A stretch of DNA of 64,000 nt, taken from contig OZ024758.1 in NCBI GenBank assembly GCA_964016885.1, forward strand, positions 7,936,001 through 8,000,000, given 5' to 3'. The notes below the pieces were generated by a model. It worked only from the letters and a program-made list of their open reading frames with translations, was not told the origin of the DNA and did not search any database. Source of the DNA: Eledone cirrhosa (lineage: Eukaryota). Below are positions 1-12,035 of the stretch, piece by piece. The translations under genes were made by a program, and so were the position numbers. Position 1 is the first letter of the stretch, and every line of letters begins with the position of its first letter.

Positions 1-732
1 CACATCCACTTTTCCATGCTAGCATAAATTGGCTGAGACATTTTAGGTATATTTTAAGTATCGTACTTTTGGCCATTGATCTTAATTGAAACGTTAAGTT
101 ATGAGAAATATTGTTTGTTCGAGACACAAAACAATTGTGTATCAGATGCAAACATGTATATAGGGACAAGACACTCAGACAGTTATACATGCATTGTGAT
201 GGGCATCTACCAAATTTACTTTTATTTGTACTTGTGGCAAGGTTCACCCAGGGTGGGGTGAGCCAGCTCCATCGACGGATTCCACAGTGTAGATTCATTT
301 CAATGGAGTTTCTTTGGTTGATTGGTTTCACAAGTGTTGCCTCGCTGCAAATATATGCACTTTAGGATAGTTCAATCCAAGTGTTGCATCAGTTATAGCG
401 CTGAGCTCTCGCTTTCACACCCAACCCAATTTGGTGGAGCCAGTATTGTGTTGGGGACATATGGGAGGGAGTTTGACCAGCAGAGTTGATAAACACAACC
501 TATTTGAGCCATTTTGTAGGCCAGTAAATTCTCTCTCAAAGTACTGGTTGACCCGAGGCTATATTAGAAAACTCTTGCCCAAGGTTCAATACTAATGAAA
601 TTAAACCTGGAATCATGTCCTACTGGGCAGTATTATCTTATGTTAAATATAGTTTTAGTATTCTCCTTTGTTATTTAGTTGTTTTTGTTTGTGGGGAGGT
701 GGACTAATCAACTGTACTTATAAACACAATAT

Positions 733-928
733 AAGAGGACCGACTGAAAAGTTCATAAGCTGGCTATGAAGGAGTGATGCTAGAGCTGTGAAATCTCGCA
801 TGCATTAATTTCAACTCTTATTAATTACTGTAGTGTTTCTTTCCAGGGACTATGTTGAATAATAAACCTCATTTGATCATTCCATGAGAGTATCTTGGTC
901 AGCTTATGAACCTTTCAACCAACCCTTG
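733..928. mobile_element. Mariner-type MITE (~200 bp); partial copies at ~22708-22930 and ~53408-53460
   Basis: Imperfect TIRs (GAGGACCGACTGAAAAGTTCATAAGCTG / CAGCTTATGAACCTTTCAACCAACCCTTG) flanked by TA. Confidence 0.7.
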
Positions 929-1000
929 TAACCAATGCTTGTATCAACCATAAACTAATTTCAACTTGTGAGGGGGCTAGTGCTACATATTTTTATGTAT

Positions 1001-1983
1001 TATAGTGGCCTATAGTTTTAGATAAAACCATTGCTCCTATTTATAGTGATCTACAGTTTTAGATAAGACCACTTTTCCTATTTATAGTGATCTACAGTTT
1101 TAGATAAGACCACTTCTCCTATTTATAGTGATCTACAGTTTTAGATAAGACCACTTCTCCTATTTATAGTGGTCTACAGTTTTAGATAAGACCACTTCTC
1201 CTATTTATAGTGATCTACAGTTTTAGATAAGACCACTTCTCCTATTTATAGTGGTCTACAGTTTTAGATAAGACCACTTCTCCTATTTATAGTGATCTAC
1301 AGTTTTAGATAAGACCACTGCTCCTATTTATAGTGATCTACAGTTTTAGATAAGACCACTGCTTCTATTTAGAGTGATCTACAGTTTTAGATAAGACCAC
1401 TTCTCCTATTTATAGTGATCTACAGTTTTAGATAAGACCACTGCTCCTATTTATAGTTGTCTACAGTTTTAGATAAGACCACTGCTTCTATTTATAGTTG
1501 TCTACAGTTTTAGATAAGACCACTTTTCCTATTTATAGTGATCTACAGTTTTAGATAAGACCACTTCTCCTATTTATAGTGATCTACAGTTTTAGATAAG
1601 ACCACTTTTCCTATTTATAGTGATCTACAGTTTTAGATAAGACCACTTCTCCTATTTATAGTGATCTACAGTTTTAGATAAGACCACTTCTCCTATTTAT
1701 AGTGGTCTACAGTTTTAGATAAGACCACTTCTCCTATTTATAGTGATCTACAGTTTTAGATAAGACCACTGCTCCTATTTATAGTGATCTACAGTTTTAG
1801 ATAAGACCACTGCTTCTATTTAGAGTGATCTACAGTTTTAGATAAGACCACTTCTCCTATTTATAGTGATCTACAGTTTTAGATAAGACCACTGCTCCTA
1901 TTTATAGTTGTCTACAGTTTTAGATAAGACCACTGCTCCTATTTATAGTGGTCTACAGTTTTAGATATGACCACTGCTCCTAT
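1001..1983. repeat. 41-bp minisatellite, ~24 copies, with a higher-order block duplication
   Basis: Unit AGTTTTAGATAAGACCACTTCTCCTATTTATAGTGATCTAC repeated head-to-tail. Confidence 0.97.
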
Positions 1984-2313
1984 ACATGTTATTAATTTAT
2001 CTAGATTACTGTCTTTTATAAAATTCACCCTGAATGTCATCCTTTTAGATTTGACAATCTCATTGTGTAAATTTCCTGTCTTTACACAAATGGCTTTGCC
2101 CTGTCCATCTCAAGTCTATTAAGGATGAAATAATCTTGGCAATTTTCAAGCTCTATCATCAAACTGTCCAACTCTTGGCATCTATTTTCCAGATAAGTAG
2201 AGAAATGTAGGTTAAGTAATATGCTTCAGGCTTTGGCAACTGTGATAGAATACAAACTAAAGCTAATGGGACAGTAAGCCATCTTCTTGGTTTCTCATTT
2301 TATCTTGTTCTAC

Positions 2314-2640
2314 AAGACTACTACGAATGAAAAATGGATACATTTGCTATTATTATGGTGGAGGGAGGGGCTTTGTAGTTACACATAAAGGTGAATTATG
2401 GTCCTATTTTGGGAATATACTGTACACCCTAACATGCAGTGTGTTACGACTAATAGATGCTGGGCTGGCAACTGCTCTGTATGCAAATGAGTGTCAACAG
2501 CTCATAAACATAATTGGAATTCTATAAGAATCCAGCTTCGATAGTTTCAGAAAAGGCGGAGGGATATGTAGTCTTGATAACCACTAATAAGTGAGAAACG
2601 CTGGCCCTCGATTATTTCCCCCTGCCTTTGCTGAAGCTAG
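2314..2640 (+). promoter_or_regulatory. Candidate housekeeping promoter and non-coding first exon
   Basis: GGGATATGTAGT at 2561-2572 (reverse complement ACTACATATCCC, matching the ZNF143/THAP11-type ACTACAnnTCCC motif); variant GGGCTTTGTAGT at 2368-2379; locally retained CpGs; donor CTAG|GTATGT at 2640/2641. Confidence 0.45.
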
Positions 2641-2739
2641 GTATGTGACGTTGGTTACTACCTTAAAATTCATAGCGAAAAGCCTTCAAAATGTTTTAAA
2701 ATAAACATAGAGTATATTATTAAATATACAATATGTACA

Positions 2740-2791
<52 letters not shown>

Positions 2792-2915
2792 TATATATGT
2801 ATCCAATCCTTTATATGTGTATATATATATATATGTATTTATTAAAATAACAGATTAAAGTTTAAGCCAAGAATTGCTGCTTTCACCCTTAACGGGATCT
2901 TCTGAAGACTACTAC

Positions 2916-3021
2916 AAATCCCGCCGAGGTTAACTTTGCCTTTCATCCTTACGGGGTCGATAAAATAAAGTACCAGTAATGTACTGGGTAATACTGGCCT
3001 TGTGCCAAAAGTAGAAACAAT
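2916..3021 (+). mobile_element. tRNA-derived SINE family A, 5'-truncated
   Basis: CAAATCCCGCCGAGG...GCCTTTCATCCTTACGGGGTCGATAAAATAAAGTACCAG...GTAGAAACAATT shared with many copies in the window. Confidence 0.85.
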
Positions 3022-3033
3022 TATTATTATTAC

Positions 3034-3069
<36 letters not shown>

Positions 3070-3759
3070 TGTGTGTGTGTGAATGAAGTAATTCCGTCGG
3101 AAAAGTCCAGGAAAAAAGAGTGCTCTATGTAGGTAACAGAGCTTAATAGTTATGTAATAAATATATATATACATATACATATATAGGAATGAAAAATGGC
3201 ATGTAACGTTGTTGCGAATGTGATATATATATATACATGTGTGTATGTGTGCATATTTGTATGTGTGTCCATACAGATAGTTTTGTAGATGAAGTGAATA
3301 TGATTATATTAAACTTTCTCCAATGATATTGTTTCTTTCAATTGGTTCCAGCTGTGACTGTTGAGATGTATTCATATATATTTGGCTTCCTGTTTAGTTA
3401 TTCAGCTGAGAAGAAGTTCTTCCTGAACCACCTTGTACTTGTGTCTCATATATATACTTGTTAAACCTGAGGAAGGAGGAGCTCTTATTTTATACAGTGA
3501 ATGACATATTTAAAATTAAGTTTCTGCTTTGACAGTAGACTTAGATGTCAATAAAAAATATATTTAATCTGACATTTACTAACTTAAAAAGAAAATTAGA
3601 GTAAATATAAATGATTTATGGCCATTTTGTTAGTTTATTATCATTATTATTATTATTATTATTATCATTATTATTATTTTTATTATTAATTTTTTAATTG
3701 AAAGATGACAGTGAAATGCAGAAACAGACTAAATGACTTGTCCAAACACCATTTCTTCT

Positions 3760-4063
3760 CCCCCAACCACCCCTCTCCTCAACCACCCCTTCAATCCAGC
3801 CACCATTTCTTTTATCCAACCACCCCTTCTTCTACCCAAACAGTCCTTCTCCCCAACCACTCCTTCTCCCACCCAACCACCCCTTCTACCCAACCACCCC
3901 TTCTCCCCAACCACCCCTTCTACTCAACCACCCCTTCTACTCAACCACCCCTTCTCCCCAACCACCCCTTCTACCCAACCACTTCTTCTCCCCAACCACC
4001 CCTTCTACCCAACCACTTCTTCTCCCCAACCACCCCTTCTACCCAACCACCCCTTCTACCCAA
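3760..4063. repeat. C-rich 17-20-bp minisatellite (CCAACCACCCCTTCTMC)
   Basis: Tandem units; explains the Pro-rich ORFs at 3705-4163; the minus strand is G-tract rich. Confidence 0.9.
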
Positions 4064-4091
4064 CTATCTCTTGTTCTACAATACTCTTTCA

Positions 4092-4600
4092 GTCTCCACC
4101 CGTTGTCCTATCGCTACAGTGCCGGCCACCTTCCATACCATGCTGCTCTCAATGAGATCATAAAGCATGGCTTGGATGCTGCAGGCTTACCCCTCCCTGC
4201 TTGAGCCAGTGGGGCTGGACCGAGGGGATGGCAAAAGACTAGACGGCATGACCATCTTCCCGTTCCACGTTGGTAAACCCCTCATCTGGGGTGCCACATG
4301 CAGCAGCACATTGTCCAGCGGCAACCTGGTGCAGTCTGCAACTAACCCAGGCTCTGCTGCAATTTGGGACAAGGAGGGTAAATTCTCCAAATGTCAACCC
4401 CTCTCCGACAGGTTTGCAGTCAAGCCCCTAGCAGTGAAGACTCCTGGTGTCCTTGGCCCTAGGGCCACCTCCCTACTTACCACCATCGGCACAGGGGTGG
4501 CTAGCCACAGGTGTGACCCTCGCGAGATGGAATGGCTCTTCCAGCGCATCTCCTTCACCATCGTCTGAGGAATCTCCTTCTTTATTCTGTCTGCCAGGGC
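4092..4600 (+). mobile_element. 3' fragment of a CRE-like non-LTR retrotransposon (decayed zinc knuckle plus restriction-like endonuclease)
   Basis: LHPLSYRYSAGHLPYHAALNEIIKHGLDAAG, a frameshift near 4190, then PSLLEPVGLDRGDGKRLDGMTIFPFHVGKPLIWGATC...WLFQRISFTIV*; fits the EP.GL.R.DGKRPDG.T..P...GK.L.WD.T...LFQRLS pattern. Confidence 0.75.
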
Positions 4601-5204
4601 TGTGAGGCAGCCAGCTCATGGGACCCCATTTGTTCATAATAGTGAGAGATGGAGGTGATGACAGTGGGAGTTTGGCTCCTCTGTGTCCAGACCTGGTATA
4701 CATGAGAGATGGGGAGGGTGAGAGAGATGGAGGTGATGACAGTGGGAGTTCAACTCCTCTGTATTCAGACCTGGTGTATATGTGTATGTTTACTTCTATT
4801 CATTCCATATTACAGTATCTACTCTCCCTACTTGTAGTTTCTATTGACACAGTGTTGAAGTATATTATAGAATATTTAAATAATTATAATCCCCAAACGA
4901 GATAATAACTCTTATCTATATAGGCATACTAAGCCGTTTATTTTAAAGTGTTTCTCTTTATCTATAAACCTTCCATAATATTTTTATGTAAGAAACTTTG
5001 TTAAGTTATGCTCCAAACACTATCTTACTAATGAGAAAGTTAATCTTGTTACTAGATCTCTCTAAATCTTTGAACATTTTCAAACTGATTTGAAAATCAT
5101 AATCAGTGTAGTTTCTTTGGAAACATGCTAATGAAAATATTAAATCTCTTTCTCTACATTGACTGTTTAATTTCTTTCATCCCAGCTTTTTATTATTTAT
5201 ACAT

Positions 5205-5407
5205 TTGACACAAGCTAAACAATTTGTGGGGAGGGGGTAGTCGATTAAATTGACTCCAGTGTGTTACTGGTACTTTATTTTATCGATCTCATAAGGATAA
5301 AAGGTAAAGCTGACCTCAGCAGGATTTGAACTCAGAACATAAAGGGCTGTAACTATGTGGCAAAACATATTGTCCATTGCTTTACCGATACTGCCAATCT
5401 GCTGCCC
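5205..5407 (-). mobile_element. SINE family A, diverged
   Basis: Reverse complement of family A (CTGGTACTTTATTTTATCGA...GGATTTGAACTCAG...TACTGCCAATC). Confidence 0.8.
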
Positions 5408-5976
5408 TTTACACTGCTTTTTATTATATACTGTAATAAAATAAGTACCAACTAAATACTGGTTTCGAGTCCATCCACTATACTACTGTCCTGCTATTTG
5501 CTGTCTTGTGCTAACACAAGAAATCATTATTTCAATGAAAATGTGTACAAGACATTTAATCAATATTCTTGAATTCTGTTTTCCAATTTTTAATGTTTGT
5601 GTAGTATTAAAAGTTTGGATGACAATCTTTGCTTTATGAATGCTATACTAAATACAGCTTCCAAAGGTTATACACTGCTATTGTTATTAAGCATTGATCA
5701 TTAAAATAGCTGCTAGAATTTTTTCAATGAAAGAAAGTAAACAAAATCTGTTAGTGATATTTTAGGTAACTGAAATATTTTGTTATCTTTACTTCTGACA
5801 CCACCACGATTCCACTTCCAATTCACTATGATTATGAACCAAAGCACAAAAGCAAAACTATTTATCACACTAATCTTATATAATTTTGTTATCTTTTTCT
5901 ATTAAATCCATTATATTTTCTCATATAACTGATTTTCATTCATTTGTTTTATTTGTAATGGGATTATTATTTCCAG

Positions 5977-6003
5977 AATTCTGTAGATCAAAGACAGTTT
6001 AAG
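5977..6003 (+). other. Candidate 27-nt micro-exon (NSVDQRQFK if phase 0; may be UTR)
   Basis: T-rich tract, TTTCCAG| acceptor and AAG|GTATTT donor in unique sequence. Confidence 0.4.
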
Positions 6004-6714
6004 GTATTTTTAAATAATATATATCTGTTTTTCTTTTTAATCTATTTTATGACTTTAATGAAATTGATATACCAGTACCAACTACTACTCAAGGTGGAAA
6101 TTATCTAAGCCATCAGCACCTTTCTTTGCTAACATTACTCACATCTGTAATGAAGTTATGTAAAGCATATTTGTCTATGCAGCTAAGCTGCAAACACCAA
6201 ATTCATATCACCTGTATTATTTTGTCATAGGAAGGACATAAATTTATTTTAAGAAAATGTTTAGTTTTATGCCTGAAGTTTACACAAAAATTCAAGAATT
6301 ATTGAAAGCCAAGTAAATTACGAAGGTTTCGTATACTCTAAGACTGGGAGTATGTTTAGCGTTACCATAATCTGTGGACATCATCTGTTTACATTTTCTA
6401 TGATGATATGGGTTAGAGGGATTGTTATGGATCAACTCAATACATAATCAGAGCTTCTAGCATGGTTTCTCAGCTGGGAGCTGGGTGCCCTTACTAATGC
6501 TAACAAGGTGTACTGGATAGATTTTAATATGGCACCAGCACTAAAGAGATTGTCATATCCTTGATGTGACTATAGAGCATCTCTACCTTTTTGCCTAATT
6601 TCTGTAGCTTGGTGCCCTCCGCAAATTTCAACCACTTCATAAAGTGTCCTGGGTGCATGTTTGTATGGTGGGGGCATTTCACCATGAAGAAAGATGTATA
6701 AATTAGGAAAATTG

Positions 6715-6884
6715 CCATATATACTCGAATATAAGTTGGCCCCCATTATTTTATGTCTGAAAAATGGTTAAAAATTCAAACCTTATGTAGAATTTGAAGC
6801 TGGCGAAAAATCATGGGGTTTTTTTTTTTTTTTTTTTTTTTTTTTTGGTCACATATTCCTCAGCTTATATTTGAGTGGATATGG
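6715..6884. mobile_element. Tc2/pogo-like MITE; relatives at ~30376-30968 and ~62680-63069
   Basis: TIRs CCATATATACTCGAATATAAG / CTTATATTTGAGTGGATATGG. Confidence 0.65.
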
Positions 6885-7175
6885 TATATGTCATGTGTGT
6901 ATATAATTTTTTTTTAAACTCCCATTAAGCTGATGGGTTTAGCTTTTTTCATTAATCATTCATAGACACAGAAATCTCAAACTGTTATCATTGCAATGAA
7001 GAAATTCTCTTCATCATATTTTTTGATAATAACACTTGAAAGATATTTGAGCTAAAGTTTGGAATATTATATACCTTCTAAAATATAAAACCCCTGAGAT
7101 TTTCTATGGTTTTCCTCCTTTGTCTTGTTTTGTTTGTTTGATTTTATCTAGTGTGTATTTATTTTATTATTTCTT

Positions 7176-7600
7176 ATAAGAGGGGGGGGGGCAGTAACGG
7201 TAGAGCGTCAGACACCATACTTTGCTGCATAGAGTTATGGCCCTTTGCGTTCTGAGTTCAAATCCCGCCGAGGTTAACTTTGCCTTTCATCCTTACAGGG
7301 TCAATGAAATAAAGTACCAGTAATGCACTGGGGGGTAATTGCTGGCCTTGTGTCAAAAGTAGAAACAATTATTTCTTGCTTGTGGGAGTATTGGTAGATC
7401 GTCGGATACCATGCTTTGTGGTATATAGTTATGTTCCCTTATGTTCTCAGTTCAAATCCTGCTGTGGTTAGCTTTTACATTTCATCTTTTCAGGCTCAAT
7501 AAAATAAAGTACCAGTAATGCACTGGGGTCAATTTAATTGACTCACTCCTCATAAAACAAAAAAAAAATAATTGTTGGCCTTGTGCCTTATTGAGAAATC
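7176..7600 (+). mobile_element. Two tandem SINE family A copies
   Basis: B boxes GAGTTCAAATCCC and CAGTTCAAATCCT; the first copy is flanked by an ATTATTTCTT duplication (7166-7175 / 7368-7377). Confidence 0.85.
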
Positions 7601-7703
7601 ATAATTTGTAATTAATGTATTGATGTGGTGAATTTGATAGTTCAGCATCAATATGGATTCCATATCAGTGTTCAGTATGTAATCTATATACAATACTTTA
7701 TAT

Positions 7704-7903
7704 NNNNNNNNNNNNNNNNNNNNNNNNNNNNNNNNNNNNNNNNNNNNNNNNNNNNNNNNNNNNNNNNNNNNNNNNNNNNNNNNNNNNNNNNNNNNNNNNN
7801 NNNNNNNNNNNNNNNNNNNNNNNNNNNNNNNNNNNNNNNNNNNNNNNNNNNNNNNNNNNNNNNNNNNNNNNNNNNNNNNNNNNNNNNNNNNNNNNNNNNN
7901 NNN
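7704..7903. other. Assembly gap (200 N)
   Basis: Run of N. Confidence 1.
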
Positions 7904-8103
7904 CACTCACACATAGTGTAGCAAATGGAAAGCCAGCCACTGTTTTGCTATAGTTTTTTCACCATCCCCTTCCTTCCCCATTGCGTGACCAACGCATGGA
8001 AATTGCTCAAATTTATATATAGATTGATTCAGTAATTGAATGTAAGTCTTCAAATTATAAATCTTCTGGTCACCCATTAACTACTAAATGTTTATGATTG
8101 CAA

Positions 8104-8606
8104 TCATCATAATCACTGTTTAACATCTATTTTTCCATGAGTTAGATAGGTTGTCATGTTATGAGACAAGTCAGATCAGGAGGCCATGTCTTGCCCTTAT
8201 TTTGGGCTTGGTTTCTATGGCTGAATCCCCTTCCAACTACATTAGAGTGTTGACTGGGTGTTTATTATAGTGGCATCAAAACAACCATCTAACAAAGTGG
8301 ACTGGGTTCTTTTGGTCACATCACCAACACAACCATTTTACAGGGTCGGCTGGGTGCTCTTTCATTGTGTCACCAGCATAGCCAGCTTACAGGGTGGTCT
8401 GGGTGCCCTTTTGTTGTGTCACCAGCAAGGCCACCTTACAGGGTGGACTTTGTGTTTTTTCATTGTATCACCAGCATGGCCACCTTACAAGGTGAACTGG
8501 GTGTTTTTTCATTGTCACCCGGATGGCTATCTTACAAGGTGGAGTGGGTGCTTTTTTGTCACATCACCAGCACTACCATTTTACAGGGTTGGCTGGGTGC
8601 TTTTTC
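8104..8606 (-). mobile_element. (GAT)n-tailed retroposon (family C tail) with ~8 diverged internal ~48-bp units
   Basis: TCATCAT...TTTAACATCTATTTTTCCATG start; repeated TTACAGGGTGGACTGGGTGCTTTT units. Confidence 0.7.
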
Positions 8607-9116
8607 GATGTATCAAATGTGTATTATAACCAAATCTTCTGGTCATCCTTATTTACTCAATATTTATGATTACAATGTGTATAATGAAATCCATCATATT
8701 AATTCTAATGGAGCCATGAGGAGTATATGATGATTAGAATTTACAAGCCTTTCATCTTGAATTAAATTTGTGTTCAATTAATAAATGTGTTATGAGAGTT
8801 AGCATATTAGTTTATGTGTGTTTTGTTGAAGTTACTGTTCAATAATGCTATGTGCGACTACTAGTTAACGATACGAAGGGAATTATTATTTAACATGATG
8901 ATTATGAGAAAATCTTTAATAGAAGTTAATTGTAGATTTTAACATTTGTACATCCATTCCTGTTACTAATTAGTTTCACTAACAGAACTAGATACTACAT
9001 CTTAGAAGACACACTACAACAGAATATGCTTTTATTGTGTAATGTCTAAAGATATGACAACATTTAGAATAAACTATGGTTACACTCTTTTGATATCAAA
9101 TCATCTGATTCTACTA

Positions 9117-9333
9117 CGAGGGGGTGCTTAAAAGTTCCTGGCTTTAAGGATATCATGAAAGGGTAGTTGGAGGCCCAACCTTTCAAGTTCTTTTTACAGG
9201 GCTTAGAAAACATGAAGGGCTGCTGCAATAAGTGTATGAATCAGAGAGGGGAATATGTTGAATAACATCGTAATTAACTGATCTTCCTGTATTTTCTATT
9301 ACTCAAAGCCAGGAAATTTTCAGCACTCCCTTG
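9117..9333. mobile_element. Mariner-type MITE nested in a piggyBac-type MITE (~9081-9550)
   Basis: TA|CGAGGGGGTGCTTAAAAGTTCCTGGCTTT ... AAAGCCAGGAAATTTTCAGCACTCCCTTG|TA. Confidence 0.8.
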
Positions 9334-9741
9334 TATATAAAACTGTTTGTTTTAAAGTGTTTATATTTATTTTTAAAAGTTTCCATCATAATTTTATTTA
9401 AGAACTTTTGTTAACTTTTGTTCAAAACACCATCTTAATGAGAAAGTTGGTTATTTTACTAAATCCGTTCAAATTTTCAGTTATCTTAAAACCTACTTTA
9501 AAATCATCGGCAGTTATCTTTCATTAGAAATATGGTAAGGAAAGAGTTAAGCTAGGATCAATAAGTGATTAGTAATAGCTCATACCTGAAAGTATTAGAA
9601 ATTTATTGAAATAAATTAATAGGAATTGAAACTGCAACAAACAGTTTATCAAAAACTTAGCTTCTACTGCTCAGCATTTATCAATATATATATAAATTTA
9701 TTTTGTATGAACTAAATTATTTTTATTATATATTGTAAACA

Positions 9742-9926
9742 AGGGCGGTGGATTGGCAGTATGGTAGAGGGTCGGACGCCATGCTTTCCAGCATAGTTAC
9801 GTCCCTTTACGATCTGAGTTCAAATCCCGCCGAGGTTGACTTTGCCTTTCATCCTTACGGGGTCGATAAAATAAAGTACCAGTAATGAACTGGGTAATTG
9901 CTGGCCTTGTGCCTAAAGTAGAAACA
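9742..9926 (+). mobile_element. Full-length SINE family A (tRNA head; central domain resembling Meta/MESC-type SINEs)
   Basis: A box TGGCAGTATGG, B box GAGTTCAAATCCC, 17-bp TSD ATTATATATTGTAAACA (9725-9741 / 9927-9943). Confidence 0.92.
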
Positions 9927-10011
9927 ATTATATATTGTAAACATGCATGTATATAAAAAAAATCTTAGGTGGCATCCCCAAATCTTTGTTATTTTCCTCT
10001 ATTTATCATGA

Positions 10012-10643
10012 TTGTGCACAAGTCCAATGATTTTGGGGATGAGAGGAAAGCTGATTAAATCGAACCAGTGCATTACTGGTACTTTATTTTATCAACCCTG
10101 TAAGGATGAAAGGCAAAGCTAACTTTGGCAGGATTTGAACTGAGATTATAAAGGGCCGTAACCCTATGCCATAAAACATGTTGCCTGACGGTCTAACAAT
10201 TCTGCCAATAATAATAATTGTTTCCACTTTTGGCACAAGGCCAGCAATTATCCCAGTGTATTACTGGTACACTATTTTTTCGACTCTGTAAGGATGAAAG
10301 GCAAAGTTAACCTCGGCGGCATTTGAACTCAGACCATAAAGGGCCATAACTCTATGCTGCAAAACATGGTGTCTGACGCTCTATTGATACTGCCAATCCA
10401 CCGCCCTAATGATAATGATGGTTTCTTATTTAGGCACGAAGCCAACAATTTTAGGGGAGGGGAAAATCGATTAAATCGACCCCAGTGCGTGACTGGTACT
10501 TTATTTTATCGCCCCCCCCCCCCCCCCCCCGTAAGGATGAAAGGCAAAGTTAACCTCAGCGGAAGTTGAACTCAGACTGTAAAGGGACGTAACTCTATGC
10601 TGGAAAGCATGGCGTCCGACCCTCTACCGATACTGCCAATCCA
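10012..10643 (-). mobile_element. Three tandem SINE family A copies
   Basis: Three successive reverse-complement copies, each running to CTGCCAAT. Confidence 0.88.
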
Positions 10644-11779
10644 ATGATAATGTTAATCTTTTATGAAATCCTATTGATTTCATGCCCATATCATATTCGC
10701 AGCTATTAATTGTTATAAAGTGTATAAATTTCTTTTAAATTCTTTGAAAGTGATGAGCAAAGGAGATGAAATTGTCTGAGGACTTATTTTATGGCTATTT
10801 CATCCACCATCTTTTTTTTTAAATTACTTCATTTAATACATCACTCATTGCTTATCAGTTAGTTTTTATTGTGTAGGAAGTTTTAGTTTAGAATTAGATG
10901 TGTTTCAATGTATTATATTACAGCTATATATTATGTAAACATGGTTTACTTTTTCATGCTAATCTTAGTTATTTCAATATATGTGTGTGTGTGTGTGTGT
11001 GTTTGTGATGAGAATTCAATTTTGTGTTGTTGACTTGATAGAATAATTAAGTTTGATAGTGTTAATCATATCCTAACACACTGTAGAATATTGTTATTGT
11101 AAAGCTTGTCTAGTGTTGAGGGAATTACAAAACTTCTTTGTTTTATTTTAGTTTTGTTTATTTCTTTTTATTTTACTAGAAATCTTTATGATCTGCAGTC
11201 GAACTTCAAAAAGAATATAAACTGATCTCATTAATCCATTCACATTTATTTTTCATCAACATTGTGCTTTCACATCTTACTAGGTCTGCAATTTACCTTT
11301 TTGCTTCTTTTTTTGCTAACTTTAATTTCCATGATTCTTATTCTCTGTTACCCTAAACCTCCCTTTCTTCCAACTCTTCTTTTATATACAAAATTTCTTT
11401 AGTGGAATTCAACACTGGAATCCAACTGCCATCACCTAAATATTTTTTTTCTCATTATTCCCATAACTGCTATATAGATAATCAGAACTTCTAAACTACC
11501 AAATTCTTGATTATTACTGTTTAACAGAGATCAGGAACCTGATCAGCTGTTTAGCCCTATCTTGTATGGCTCTTAGGCACACAGAATATTTTTTAGTTTT
11601 AAATTAAATCTGCAGATTTGTATTAAAATAGAATCCATGATCTGCACATTGGAGCAGTTTCAGACTCATAGCCCAAAATTACATTAAGTAAGAAAAAGTT
11701 AACTAAATTCATGTTTTCTTCTATGTATTCTATAATAAATTATACGCCTCCATTCTAAAATATGTAATGTCTGTATCAA

Positions 11780-12035
11780 GCCTGGAGCCTAATCCCAGTT
11801 TCTGTGGCGCGAAGCAACCAAGGGTACTAAACTCCCCCTTGGACAGGACACCAAGTACATTGAATGGTTAAACCTCCAGCTATTGCTGGTACTCATTTTC
11901 AGCTGAGTATACTGGAGCAATGTGAAATAAAGTGTTTTATTCAAAAACACAAGACACAACCCAGTCCAGGACTCGAACCTACCACATTATGATCTTAAGT
12001 GCAACCCATTAAACATTAGGTCGTACACTTCCACT
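11780..12035 (-). mobile_element. tRNA-derived SINE family B, diverged; similar copies at ~45880-46140 and ~46460-46725
   Basis: CAGCTGAGTATACTGGAGCAATGTGAAATAAAGTG...GGACTCGAACC (reverse-complement B box). Confidence 0.75.

Noticed and set aside
7550-7940. ORFs containing X runs
   Set aside because: Artefacts of the N gap
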